A DNA stretch of 64,000 nt from an uncultured Candidatus Izemoplasmatales bacterium. GTDB lineage: Bacteria; Bacillota_I; Bacilli_A; Izemoplasmatales; Izemoplasmataceae. A model generated the notes under the pieces. That model made no database searches. It was not told the DNA's origin and saw only the letters and a program-made list of their open reading frames with translations. The DNA lies in assembly GCA_964395055.1 (NCBI GenBank), contig CAYNAA010000004.1:1830-65829 (forward strand), given 5' to 3'. Positions within the stretch are counted from its first letter, which is position 1; every line of letters starts with the position of its first letter. Below are positions 50,701 to 58,812 of this stretch, piece after piece. The translations under genes were made by a program, and so were the position numbers.

Positions 50701-52044
50701 TGAAATTTCAACAAAAGTAGTAGTTGCATCGATTTGTGCAGTAAGTTCCTGATCTAAAACGATAGACAAGATAGTTTCATTATCTGTATCATAGTTAATT
50801 GCTTCTATAGTATATTCTGTAGCATGATTATCAAATTTAATTGTAGTCTTTGTTAGATCAGAAACAGATACATTAATTGCAGTATCATGTCCAATACTAT
50901 ATGTATCTGAAACCGTTCCAGAATTTAAGAAGGGCACCGCCAACCCAACAATAAAACTAGTGGCACCTAAGCTTGTTTCAGCCTGAAGAATATTTAAATC
51001 CGGACTTAATGTGGTAATATCTCCCCCTAAATGTATTTGATTGAGATGTATTTGTCCCTCTAATCTTAGATCATTAGTCAAATAAACTTCTGACTCATTA
51101 AGTCGTAACTCATTATTACCAAAATTTAATAATAATTGGGTATTAGATAAATTAATATTACCCGTATAAGCTAAAGTCGTAGGATCAGTATAATATAAGA
51201 AATCTCCAGTAGAAGCACCAGCAGGTGGCGACCATTCTCCATTTTCACCTAATGCAAAATTATGCCATTCAGAGCCATCATAACCTAAAAATTGTCCTTC
51301 TTCAAATTTCACCATTCCTGCAGAATCAGAATCATCATTTTGAGGGCCAATAATTAATTGATTATCTAGCGTTAAAGTTTTAATATGTAAATGATCGGGA
51401 TGCTGAAAATCTTGCATTTCTTTTACAGCATCCTGTAATTCCTCTAAATTAATAAAGCCAAACAATAATAATGCTTTTTCGCTATCAGTATGAGCACGTT
51501 CAGCTGAGACTATTTCACCAGAAGAATTTTCCCAGTGTCTTCCGATAACTCGTCCCTCTGTATTATCATTGATATCCTCAAGTAAAGGCGGATCAATAGT
51601 TAAATCATTACCATCAATTTCAGTAATTCTATATAATTGTGGGTTATTTCCTAAACGAAAGTACTCAAAAGTTAAGAGCTCAGAAGCATCATCAACCGTT
51701 AATGTTGTTGCATTTGTTAAATGATTACCATCAACAACGATTTCTTTTATTTCAGTGTAGGTATAATAATTATCCCAATCTCGGACAACAGTAAATTGAT
51801 CATTATCTGATTCACTTTGAGCATAACATAAAACTCTTTCCGCATTTCTTAAATCAAATAACGTGTATCCTTCTGTTAATGTTAAAACAAATGGAAGAGT
51901 TGGTATCTCAGCATCTGCCATACCTTCTGCCAAAACGATTTCTGTCTGCCCAATTTCAAGTCGTCCAGTAGGAAATAGAACTGGATCAGAAAAATCTAAT
52001 GAGCTTTCTTTATAATTTCCTAAATTCAAGAACCCCATGATCAA
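41785..52044 (-). CDS. giant repeat-rich fibre-like virion protein (3419 aa)
   Basis: Single uninterrupted 10.26-kb ORF directly after the tape measure gene. Contains many internal repeats (GxIRYN...W..F and GGGYGDTG...DGN types) and a distinct C-terminal ~170 aa. Confidence 0.6.
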   Translation of the reverse strand: MIMGFLNLGNYKESSLDFSDPVLFPTGRLEIGQTEIVLAEGMADAEIPTLPFVLTLTEGYTLFDLRNAERVLCYAQSESDNDQFTVVRDWDNYYTYTEIKEIVVDGNHLTNATTLTVDDASELLTFEYFRLGNNPQLYRITEIDGNDLTIDPPLLEDINDNTEGRVIGRHWENSSGEIVSAERAHTDSEKALLLFGFINLEELQDAVKEMQDFQHPDHLHIKTLTLDNQLIIGPQNDDSDSAGMVKFEEGQFLGYDGSEWHNFALGENGEWSPPAGASTGDFLYYTDPTTLAYTGNINLSNTQLLLNFGNNELRLNESEVYLTNDLRLEGQIHLNQIHLGGDITTLSPDLNILQAETSLGATSFIVGLAVPFLNSGTVSDTYSIGHDTAINVSVSDLTKTTIKFDNHATEYTIEAINYDTDNETILSIVLDQELTAQIDATTTFVEISEIPTTQQALNIWSRSLELRSQENILIAADDRFDRDLGVIELAGTSAIILESGNISFNMNGVTISYSTFTSHLENTFFEDTTFIGNIEANQLRLVPTETVPTEDNGQIYYDEALGLRAYIAGEWKTLGGDTVTFADAGTQYASIHYKDGDWQANTQLLIEPTVVKIENAIVIGEKDPSTPLQGGLIEYVNNDIQAILRHGDEYIRVSLTNTIPEQRLPSADVDGALMYADGVWVSAGSDLTFQDSKLNTPEIKIGEGAGLAGTIKWNDTLSELQWNDGESWNSWPISAAVPTPSNPGYFMVATNDGEGSVVWEESDILWIASNKLHTTTIAAQTLELTAGDTTIILDAASDSFSIGTINPNKIDLGENGYITGTNETNYIEIHEAIINTLTVTNFDFLGEGGDGGSIFNTTRIDLQDEGMLFNLRADVAGLSILTNLEFTRWQLEEINQTPIISANVDGDYEIGDGVDTAITITGCTEIIEAESQAKIGDHWYKITEANGVPTDEIYIKDGLTEAIADNTTIDFYDTRVKISIYGDQYIQNDLLVEANATFEHTIQIGEELDGIEDTPGMIRYNGDFQGCIHTPGGPVWRSFTLSLADGEYSDPYGSILWWDGSQWLKNTSVETTNTGVIKLASNSSTAAVLGAIRYNADTARFEGCTDVGVWTQLSGSYSGPSLPSSTISGSTLRWNGASDWVVNSSLISDGVKTQLRLLEIGKYEDFYAQGRVNKTGGYEIGATNIAVDGFGETLSVDQEIKFYGDDTVYTIIDVTNDGSITTAIEIDPSLVEAVNDNTIITVQGILPRPIATPGQIRYNQNDFEGFIEDIGWVSFTGHLSVLPRESGDPWLKRGDILYYNGTYWETYHDVAFLDYSITLDKDTIITGDLDVDRTLSAGDLIIGDATPWLSYAEVDPLIGANGPARIPGRIFYHPENHHFYACVDREDGPEWAFLTSPIREELPLYTGQMLKREGDWWYNTTELLVNPEYGENISNSLVTTMLHLVLGSVNDDDEKPTGQGWHIKTDEEDRGTGGITDRSEIFEIHYRMPQDEGDDLIFNGFEIRSKSEQGLPGGLLLQTRGVFAYHLGLGYDTAEFGEGTELPGTVSETGMTVNDHNPGDTIIEVTNFDSQLSAGMSVKISDNWYILANAEGDPTDTLHLNAGLTEAVDAGSSVKTGSESAIPAHPLVNQGKSLLNGEVEIGDLLKANNDVIIAGRVDVLNDSVFIEEGDLVLGTGSIDTSRLYCAEEALFGSYIRIGHVAGGPYIPVGAIRYSTPGNVSRGDWEGWDGYQWVSFTAGFHGQAIWNNEESPIKGSTVIYDPDYEGGKYRNTNLLTFDFDTELLSVQNIEMEQYLDLNAQTSPGFGAAVGRLYFDGTNLKFSPNGTDWIIIGETETDIALGTTDGQLTHWDATSEAWLPTNVLNLQDDKVIVNEVFELKAYEDLSSPPIAAGGQLRYNQNDYEAYIENIGWVSLTGHLPFQNPDSHTGKFLYSDGDNWVATDHLTLDGDGIWIDVELWCANTVHISNNLNVANNSSIGGSLSADDITSSTGIKLSGIWGADDLGAIQFESDRLKAYQQALSDDTEQWWDITMGRNLIDPSHEQPAVFFSADTNSFYSTEYLSYIEDTGLRGQYLELSTELRLGDSSQETAPAWGLTLNIEELELNYYLTPEAEPEKIINFSQDTITVNKAISAEAISVNGVLNAYDMFYCPSIGFIDQLVVGSFDIAEFNHHHISLNQDVLVNGSLNIRDNLIINTLYGRGYLGIGNDDIDERFCGIMRYTGAVKAQINTSLPVDSTTIYIKNGPVEIVETQVDEPRLLIEDDPTKYQIISSSDLGGGLWEIEISPALFQDVEVDDEVTLLQEGDWQGWDGANWISFTHTTTIAETGAFDSLSVGGGYGDTGVTISHLGDIEADGNLIIEGTASFKDHTYFYGTNKWYDDEEESSPVSGKGMQYTPSNSKLEVGGEIWARADIHAAWGYHGGIGGATIGAYGVETDGYLVTDKGLRIDHETGASGNCHIWFLHDNAEITHKYDGSRINGEISFNNAPGSEASDVHEIRFYTVDDTLSNWFTFLPDRSIFKKDIHIGGILDYSSYGYDEGGVSILANGDLKIAGDLTVDGTINGGSGTGGNEFDSIIIGGGYGDTGLTIDGNGDLSTDGNILGGEYLEANNTNILLYGGYGDTGLTVTPGGNVQTDGNLEAGDHTTTGVIIKSDGTIVLTGDLEIGGDIIGWDGGDVSAVESLAVGGGYGGGAGATISTNGLFQTNNNIHTDTQLTIGSNITMTDAGDVVIDGSLILNGTEIDPSNPSNAFTSLTVGGGYDDGGSDLYEDGRIISAGRIHTDDLIGALTRINVGSDSAGDTPSGGAVIVGTSAGITGYNNGDIILPSNTARIDLGKDGSDYGYTGGGVSISADGNIQISGDLTVDGTINSGGGGSTGVFDTLQVGDSNQFEVDVSGNLEIDGTATFNDRSDFNWTVYIANYLSIGDGLVIIEKTGGVGKITFDKLNQTNSGTDSNFAGHVYFANSVHFLGGYNNSGITISDDGNTKIKIAGDLEIDGSIIGGGTADQNVDTMTVNNTLTIGDTITLEPDNIYITSGEGHWLRYYPDIGELTYRISDDNQLKLSDYGVDQLKFTMEGVSEFYGSLTFTGDLDFISETDLKINPIGNTEGFDDGGVTIYTNGDLKIAGDLTVSGSIINDTGGLFAFDEIQVGSGYADSGATLYENGEIKAKGTIVTDEKIRVLGTGVTSIFAGDVNIDGTLTVGSFSLPNLEIGNTSITDSIITIGAPIHSASGPIEVENETNFNDRVNLDGTTTITGTIEGGVGAVNKLWSHWFAPQEAGRLGEMNYGPVDIFKNFVAPHLELTETDDEYYVWTFAPPDEYAGGVLKLTIFWHGGSEDERLFWNFGAKALNPTDGFPSQAETYWPTDETAIATSDGNTFGYEKKEYTFTPEGDGPFFIFRLKCTRDDLTDDVKLFGIRIQPA
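47930..47941. repeat. TAGAATATTCTA palindrome, exact copy (in the giant CDS)
   Basis: 12/12. Read as R-I-F-Y. The only exact copy in the virion block. Confidence 0.9.
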
Positions 52045-55000
52045 TTCCTTATTCGGGCAGTGCCACGATGTTGTTCACGATTAATGGCAGTGATAAGACG
52101 ACGCGCATCAATGCTTTCTGATCCACTGCTTCTCAGACTAGCAGTTGTATTAAAATTATAGTTATTAGTAACAGGGCCACCATTTGCTTGATGTCGGGGA
52201 GGAACAAAACCACCTCGCTGTCCAAATAATGTATGATAAAGCCAGTCTACAGGTTCTGCTAACACGCTTGCTCCTATTAAAGATGGCATAATATTTGATC
52301 CACTTCCAGCTATTGACGCAAGTAATGGAGCAACTCCTGTGCCTCCTGTTCCTAACAAATATGCTATAGTTGCTCCAGCAATACCTGTTGCTCCAGCAAT
52401 ACCTGTCCCCCACATTGCTCCAGTCTGTGCTTTATCTACTCCCTTGAAATATCTATGTCTGCTTTCTAATGCAGCACGATCTTTTTCTTCTATTAAACTA
52501 AGTACAGGTTGATATCCTGGTGTTTGTTTGTATGCACTTAAACCTATATCTTTTCCATGTACTGGTTGTTGTAATTCATGATATTGTACTTCTGCTTTTA
52601 AGTTATTAATAAAACGTTGATATTCTTCTTCATATTTTTTAATTTTATCTTCAGGATCGCCACTCGGGTAAATTGTTTTTCCATCATGTACAATCTTAGG
52701 GTGACGCTGTTTTCTATAATTTTCAACTAATGAATTTTTTAATTCGTCAAACTGTTGAAAATCAATTATGGGAGTTATTTTTTGACCTTCTAACCCAAAA
52801 TATTTTATATATGCTGCCCATTCTTTTTCCCATTTTTCTCTTTCTCTAGGGTCTGAAACTTGTCCACCCTTAGCATAATATCCAGTATTTATACGTTGTA
52901 ATAATCCTCCATGCCGTTGAGCAGCTTCTTTATTTACAATAAATTCTCCTGGAGTCAACCAAGCAGGAACTGTGTCTGTTCCTCTTGGAGATCCCGGATG
53001 TCCGCCTAATGACATATAGGCAGTTTTTACTGCTTCTTCACGCCGTTCTAAATCTATTCCTTTATCTATATTTTTAAGAATATCAACAATTTCATTTGTT
53101 CCTGAATTAATTGCACCTAACTCTTTTAGGCGTTCATAATGAAATTTAATTTCTTGTCCTGGATCTGTAGCTGGACCTGTAACATTTCTCCAATCCACAT
53201 TTGTTAATAAGTTATTTACACGTTCAACAAAAGCATATGCGTTTTCACTTCCTTCTTTAGTCAAATGAGTTAAGCTATCTGCTGACTCAACCCAGGATTT
53301 TTGAAGCTTTGCTATTTGTCTTCTAACCTCTAGATCTTCTTCTGGTGACAATACCCCACCAGCTTCATCGATAATTGTTTTTATTTCTTGTATTATGCTA
53401 CTTCTTTCAGTAATTAATCCCTTCTCAGTTGTTGCTAATCCTTGAGGTAATTCTTGTATAAATCTTTGAAATGCTTGATTTGCATCAGCTAATTGTGCTA
53501 TTTCACCAGGAGCACGTGGATCAGTACTTAGCAATCTCAATAAATCTGTTTGAGCATAAATTGCTTGAGTTTGTTGATCTGAAGCAGCAGCATCATCTAA
53601 AGCTGCTCCTTCTACTACTTCTAAAGCATTTGCAGCATTTAATTGTTGTGTTAGAATTCTCTCACCATATCCTGAACCAAAGACTTCTTTAAAAAGTTTT
53701 TGTTGGGAAGTTGGTAATCCAATTAAGATAGCATTACGCATATCTTTCCAAGTTGTTACTCCTTCTTTAAATTGTTTTTGTAGAAATTCAGATAATTTTT
53801 CAAAACGATCAATATACTTTTCCCAATAATCTGTTTGTTTCTGTACTTTAAATAAAGCATCAAAATCCATTTGTCCCGGACTTATTCCACGTTCTTGGGC
53901 TAATCCTCTAACAATATTATCTAGAGTAGAACCAATAAGTTGTCTTTCAGCTAAAAGACGATGATAAATTTGATCTGACCATTGTTTTGGATCAATACCT
54001 AAACCTTTAATAATATTTCTTGCTTCATCTATTTTTCCTCTATCTTGTCTTAATCTAAATGCTTTTTCAATTTCAAATATGATTTCATCAAATTTTCCTA
54101 TTGTTTCTTGCCCAAAGCTTAAAACTCTATTTAAATGTTCATCACCAATTTTGGCACTTTGTGCATAAGCTTTTGGAAGTTGATCTATAAGGTGTCTAAC
54201 ATATTGCAATCTCACCTGGGATTCATCTAAAGTTGACCCTGCATATTTTAAGGATAATTCTTTACGTCGATCTAAACTTTCTTCAATATATTGAGAAACG
54301 ATTTTGCTTGTATCTGCTGTTAATTGAAGCCGTTTATTTAATTGATCTAAATGTTCTTCCCATAAATTACTTTGATCGCGTAATTCTTGCTTTAAAGTTT
54401 CTGTTTGTTTTTCATAAAATTGCGTGATTTTGCTTCCATAATCTTTTGTTTGTTTCACTTGTTCATTATAATTAGTTTCCACTGCTTTCGACATATTTTT
54501 TAAGTTCGTTTCAAAATCTGCCCCAAATATTTCTTCTATATCTCCTTTAATAGCTTTCTGTTTTTCTTGAAAATCCCATAATGTTTTTGTTAAAGTTACA
54601 AATAATGTAAGTAATGCTACCAATTTTCCTTTTCTTAATCCCGTCATCAACGTTTTATGATCTGCTAAAGGTACACCCTTTATAGGAATACCGCCTAAGA
54701 GACCTTTTACACCTGCTCCTGCAGCTGATGTGATTCCTGCGGCAACCAATGTTGCAGCAGTAGGTGCAGCTTGAACAGCAGCCTCAGATAAATCTGATCC
54801 AGGTGTAATAACCTCAAACCCCCCAATTTTAACCCCTTTATCTAGCTTATCATCTAACCATGCAAATAGATCTACCATTTCTTTACCAATTTCAATAAAG
54901 AAATTGCGGATTTTGTTCATTTCACTTGTAAATTTTTCCCCTGGGCCTTCAAAAATTAATCGTTGTGCTTCTAAATAACTCTCTAAAGCATTTTCCATTT

Positions 55001-58000
55001 TCGCAGTGTCTTCAGCTATTTGTTCCTTATTTTGTGTGAGTGTTGCCCCACCAATAATTGCACGGATATCTCGTAAATCTTCTGCTAATTCTCCTAATTG
55101 ACCCCTATTAGATTCATATAATTTATCCAATACCCCAGTTAAACCATATACTTGAATAGCTGCACGTCCAGAAGATACACCCCATTCTTTAAATAAACGC
55201 TCTAATCCAGGAGTAGGTTTAGCCAATTTATTTAATACATTAATTAAGAAAGTACTTGCCCGCTGAAATTTGACACCACTAATCGTTAAAGTTGCTAAAG
55301 CAGAATTAGTTTCTGCCAGACTTAAACCAGCTTGACTAGCTAATGCTCCTACACGGCCAAATTGGTTTGCCATATCTTCAACACGAACACGACCTAGTTC
55401 AACAGTCTTAAATAATTGTGCTGCTATTAATTCAGCATTAGCCACATTAATATTGAATGAATTAACAGCAGAGGTTAAAAGATTAACCGCATCTGTTAGA
55501 TCAGACTTTGTAGCTTTAGCAAAAGGAGCAACTATTTCAGCAAAGTCTACTGCTGCTTGTCCCGCTGCCACTTGATTAGAAGTGATCTGATAAATAGCTT
55601 CCGAAATATCTTCTTGTGCTAGATTATAAGCTTGGGAAATTTGATGAACAGCATCCCCCCATTCCTCAAGTGTTTTCTGGTTTTGCTGACTAATAGTTTG
55701 AATTTCAGCTAAGCTACGATATAATTCAACGGAAGTTGTAAAAGCCTTTTCTAATTCTGTTGTTATTCCATAGAAAATATGTGTTAGCGCGCGTGCAAAG
55801 ACTAAGCGCTTAAAGTTTTCAATACTGAGCATTAATTCTTTACCGCTATGTGAAAACTTAGACATAGATTGGCTAGTTCTATTTAATTTTTGAGCTAACT
55901 CAGGGAATTGGCGAATCACATTTGTATTTCCTTCTTTTATCTTCTTGATGGTTTCTCGAAATTCACTTGCAGGCCGTCCTGTTTTTGCGAAAGCTTTAGC
56001 TAATTCTTGGCTTTGCACAACCGCATCAATCTTCATTCCTCCACTTAAATGGATACCTCGTGCTCTTTGTTCTTCTTTTAGAAATTGATCTAACTGTCCT
56101 GATTGTTGTAATTCTCCTGCTACACGTTTCTGTCTAGCTTCTTCTACCTCTTGTTTTTGCTCCTTGTTAATCCGCCCAATTAATTGTTTTTTTCTTGAGA
56201 TCTCTTTATTGATTCGCTCATGTTCACGTCTCTCCATATCTAGTAAACGATTATATTCTTTCCAAGATTTCTTATATTTTTCGGCAGCCCTAGCTCTAAT
56301 ATTAGCATCTTTATTTTTAAATTGTTCTAAGATTTCAGTTGAACTTACATCAGCTGTTCCGGCTTCTTTACCTACAGTTGCTGCTAAACGATTTTTCTGT
56401 AATTCAAAATCTGTTTGATATCGTTGATTTGATCGACGTAAATCTTGCATCCATTGCTGTTGATCATATTCTGTTTTAGGAATTTGTATACCACTTTTGA
56501 ACCCAGATATCTTTTGTTGAGCAGCTTGTTGTTGTCGTTCAATACGTTGACGTTTTAATGCTTCAGTTACTTGATTAGCTAAATTTAATTCTTGTTTTTG
56601 TGCTTGCAGTAAAGCCTTATATACTCTGGGTGCTTCTTCTGATAATTTTTCAGTGTCATTAACTAATCCTTGTAATACTTCCTCACTTAAATGGGTATTT
56701 TCTCGTGCAAAACGTTTAAATTCATCTTCAAAATGATTTAATGCTTGATTAGCCTCAATAATAGATTCTTTACCAGCTAGATCAGTTTTCTCAGGCCGAA
56801 TACTTTTAATTCCCGCGGCCTCACGACGTGCAATATTTTGCCCACGCTTCTCTGCTTCTTGCTGAGCAATTCGGGTACGTTCTTGTTCTATCTCTCTTTG
56901 TAATCGAGCATATATTTGAGCGACATCCCCATATTTCTCACGCGCTACAGATAATTTCTTTGGATCTGTTTCTCCTAATTCCAACATTATTTGCTTGGGA
57001 GCTGTACCAGTTCTTTGAGCAGCTCCAATCAAACGCCTTTTTAAATCTCGTTTTAACGTTTCTGATCTAGTTTGTACTTCTTTATTTGCTGTATCAAAAG
57101 CATCTTTGACTTGGGCGATTACTGCGTTACCCGCTGCCGTCCCTGTTGCTTTATTGATTTGTGTTTCATATTTTTCAATTAAACCTTTGGCGCGGGTGCC
57201 AGCTTGAGTAATTTCTTGGTTTATTTGATTACGCTGTTCACGTAAAGTTAATATTTCTTTTTCTATTCCAGCTAAAGTCGTTTGTTGTCTTGCTAATGCT
57301 CCTTTGTCATCTACTTTTTCACCTGTTTCAGGATCAATTTCCTTAGTTTTTTGGCGACTTACTTGTTCATATCGCCCTGTTACATCCTGTAATTTTTGAT
57401 CTAATTTATCTAGTTGCCGTTCACGATTACGGATTAATTTTTCTTCATTTTTAATAGCTTCTTGTGTTTGTTGGATTCCTGCTGAAGGTGCTTTACTTGT
57501 ATAAGTTGCCTCTCTCTCTTTTCGTAGTCGGGTTAATTCAGCTCTTAATTCCTTGGAAGTTTTAATTTGACCTTCAATAGCCCGTCGTTCACGCTCATAA
57601 ATACGAGTTGCTGCCGATTTATTTGTTAATTGTTCATGAGCTTTTGCAGCTTTTTCTTCAGCTCTTACATATTCCAGTAGTGTTTGGCCTGTTTTTGCAT
57701 ATTCTTCTCTTAATTTGGCAATTTTTCCGGGATCAGTTAAACCTAGAGTTTTACTTTTACTCTGTTCAGTAATCCTATTATATTGGCCTACTTCTTTTCG
57801 TAAACGACTTAGTTCATTTCTTGCGCTTTGTAATTGAGCTATATGTTTTTGTAATCCACCAGTCTGGCTAAAAATTTTTTCACTCTGTGTGAAATGATCG
57901 ATTAGGGCTTTTTGTTCAGCGTCAGTTTGTTCTGATTGACGAGCAAGACGAACAAGGGCATTCGTCATTTGATTAACAGAGCTGATATAAGACTGTGCAT

Positions 58001-58031
58001 CAAGCCCTATTCTTGAAGTATGATCAGCCAA
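52041..58031 (-). CDS. tail tape measure protein (1996 aa)
   Basis: Very long, mostly coiled-coil, with hydrophobic/Gly-rich segments. Contains the TDTVPAWLTPGEFIVNKEAAQRHGGLLQRIN motif common in tape measure proteins. Follows the chaperone pair. Confidence 0.85.
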   Translation of the reverse strand: MADHTSRIGLDAQSYISSVNQMTNALVRLARQSEQTDAEQKALIDHFTQSEKIFSQTGGLQKHIAQLQSARNELSRLRKEVGQYNRITEQSKSKTLGLTDPGKIAKLREEYAKTGQTLLEYVRAEEKAAKAHEQLTNKSAATRIYERERRAIEGQIKTSKELRAELTRLRKEREATYTSKAPSAGIQQTQEAIKNEEKLIRNRERQLDKLDQKLQDVTGRYEQVSRQKTKEIDPETGEKVDDKGALARQQTTLAGIEKEILTLREQRNQINQEITQAGTRAKGLIEKYETQINKATGTAAGNAVIAQVKDAFDTANKEVQTRSETLKRDLKRRLIGAAQRTGTAPKQIMLELGETDPKKLSVAREKYGDVAQIYARLQREIEQERTRIAQQEAEKRGQNIARREAAGIKSIRPEKTDLAGKESIIEANQALNHFEDEFKRFARENTHLSEEVLQGLVNDTEKLSEEAPRVYKALLQAQKQELNLANQVTEALKRQRIERQQQAAQQKISGFKSGIQIPKTEYDQQQWMQDLRRSNQRYQTDFELQKNRLAATVGKEAGTADVSSTEILEQFKNKDANIRARAAEKYKKSWKEYNRLLDMERREHERINKEISRKKQLIGRINKEQKQEVEEARQKRVAGELQQSGQLDQFLKEEQRARGIHLSGGMKIDAVVQSQELAKAFAKTGRPASEFRETIKKIKEGNTNVIRQFPELAQKLNRTSQSMSKFSHSGKELMLSIENFKRLVFARALTHIFYGITTELEKAFTTSVELYRSLAEIQTISQQNQKTLEEWGDAVHQISQAYNLAQEDISEAIYQITSNQVAAGQAAVDFAEIVAPFAKATKSDLTDAVNLLTSAVNSFNINVANAELIAAQLFKTVELGRVRVEDMANQFGRVGALASQAGLSLAETNSALATLTISGVKFQRASTFLINVLNKLAKPTPGLERLFKEWGVSSGRAAIQVYGLTGVLDKLYESNRGQLGELAEDLRDIRAIIGGATLTQNKEQIAEDTAKMENALESYLEAQRLIFEGPGEKFTSEMNKIRNFFIEIGKEMVDLFAWLDDKLDKGVKIGGFEVITPGSDLSEAAVQAAPTAATLVAAGITSAAGAGVKGLLGGIPIKGVPLADHKTLMTGLRKGKLVALLTLFVTLTKTLWDFQEKQKAIKGDIEEIFGADFETNLKNMSKAVETNYNEQVKQTKDYGSKITQFYEKQTETLKQELRDQSNLWEEHLDQLNKRLQLTADTSKIVSQYIEESLDRRKELSLKYAGSTLDESQVRLQYVRHLIDQLPKAYAQSAKIGDEHLNRVLSFGQETIGKFDEIIFEIEKAFRLRQDRGKIDEARNIIKGLGIDPKQWSDQIYHRLLAERQLIGSTLDNIVRGLAQERGISPGQMDFDALFKVQKQTDYWEKYIDRFEKLSEFLQKQFKEGVTTWKDMRNAILIGLPTSQQKLFKEVFGSGYGERILTQQLNAANALEVVEGAALDDAAASDQQTQAIYAQTDLLRLLSTDPRAPGEIAQLADANQAFQRFIQELPQGLATTEKGLITERSSIIQEIKTIIDEAGGVLSPEEDLEVRRQIAKLQKSWVESADSLTHLTKEGSENAYAFVERVNNLLTNVDWRNVTGPATDPGQEIKFHYERLKELGAINSGTNEIVDILKNIDKGIDLERREEAVKTAYMSLGGHPGSPRGTDTVPAWLTPGEFIVNKEAAQRHGGLLQRINTGYYAKGGQVSDPREREKWEKEWAAYIKYFGLEGQKITPIIDFQQFDELKNSLVENYRKQRHPKIVHDGKTIYPSGDPEDKIKKYEEEYQRFINNLKAEVQYHELQQPVHGKDIGLSAYKQTPGYQPVLSLIEEKDRAALESRHRYFKGVDKAQTGAMWGTGIAGATGIAGATIAYLLGTGGTGVAPLLASIAGSGSNIMPSLIGASVLAEPVDWLYHTLFGQRGGFVPPRHQANGGPVTNNYNFNTTASLRSSGSESIDARRLITAINREQHRGTARIRN

Positions 58032-58812
58032 AACTTCTTATCCTTCCGAAATGTGTGGCAAAATGTCCACGTATAGTCTTTTTCACTTCAGGTAGTGTTG
58101 TAACATCTGATTGAAAAATACTATCTGCATAAAGAATTGCTAAATTTGATATTCCACCAAATAGGTAATCTGCAATTCTTTCTAATTCAGATAGGCTTGC
58201 TTCCATAACTCTCCAAGGTTCATTTTGATGAATACTGGTAACTCCTGCATTATATTTTTCCCAGTATTCTGAAATTAGAGAAAAGAATAATGAAAATTTC
58301 GCTGATGCTTGATTTCCTGTTGGAGTGTATTTTAACATATACATTGGATCTAATCCTTCATCCATGGCAGCTATTTCAAAAGATTTTTGTCGAGAATCTT
58401 CTAATTCAAAGTCACCTAAAACATCTTCTCTACGTGAAACAACTATTGTGTTTGCACTCCATTGATAACTGCCTAAATAAGCTAAAGGAGTATCTCCTGG
58501 CTCAACGTAGCCTTCATCCTTTTTTGCAGCCGTTTCCTCCATGGGAATCCGGCTTGCATAATCCGCAGCTAAACCTAAACTATTTAATTCTAGATCAATC
58601 TCCATTACTGCTTGCTTAACAGCTCTACGAGTTCTTCCTGTTAAAACCGGTATTCTTAAAGCCACATCAACTAAATAATGTGCGCCCACAGTTAAAAATG
58701 CCATTTTTAGTTCATCACGAATCGCTCTTTCAATGACTGTACCCACATTACCTTTGGTATAAACCGTATTTAACTCTTTGCCTAATACTTTAAAAGTTCC
58801 AAGGAACTGCAT
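58024..58812 (-). CDS. hypothetical protein inserted between the tail chaperone and the tape measure
   Basis: 262 aa. Its stop overlaps the tape measure start. Confidence 0.45.
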   Translation of the reverse strand: MQFLGTFKVLGKELNTVYTKGNVGTVIERAIRDELKMAFLTVGAHYLVDVALRIPVLTGRTRRAVKQAVMEIDLELNSLGLAADYASRIPMEETAAKKDEGYVEPGDTPLAYLGSYQWSANTIVVSRREDVLGDFELEDSRQKSFEIAAMDEGLDPMYMLKYTPTGNQASAKFSLFFSLISEYWEKYNAGVTSIHQNEPWRVMEASLSELERIADYLFGGISNLAILYADSIFQSDVTTLPEVKKTIRGHFATHFGRIRSFG

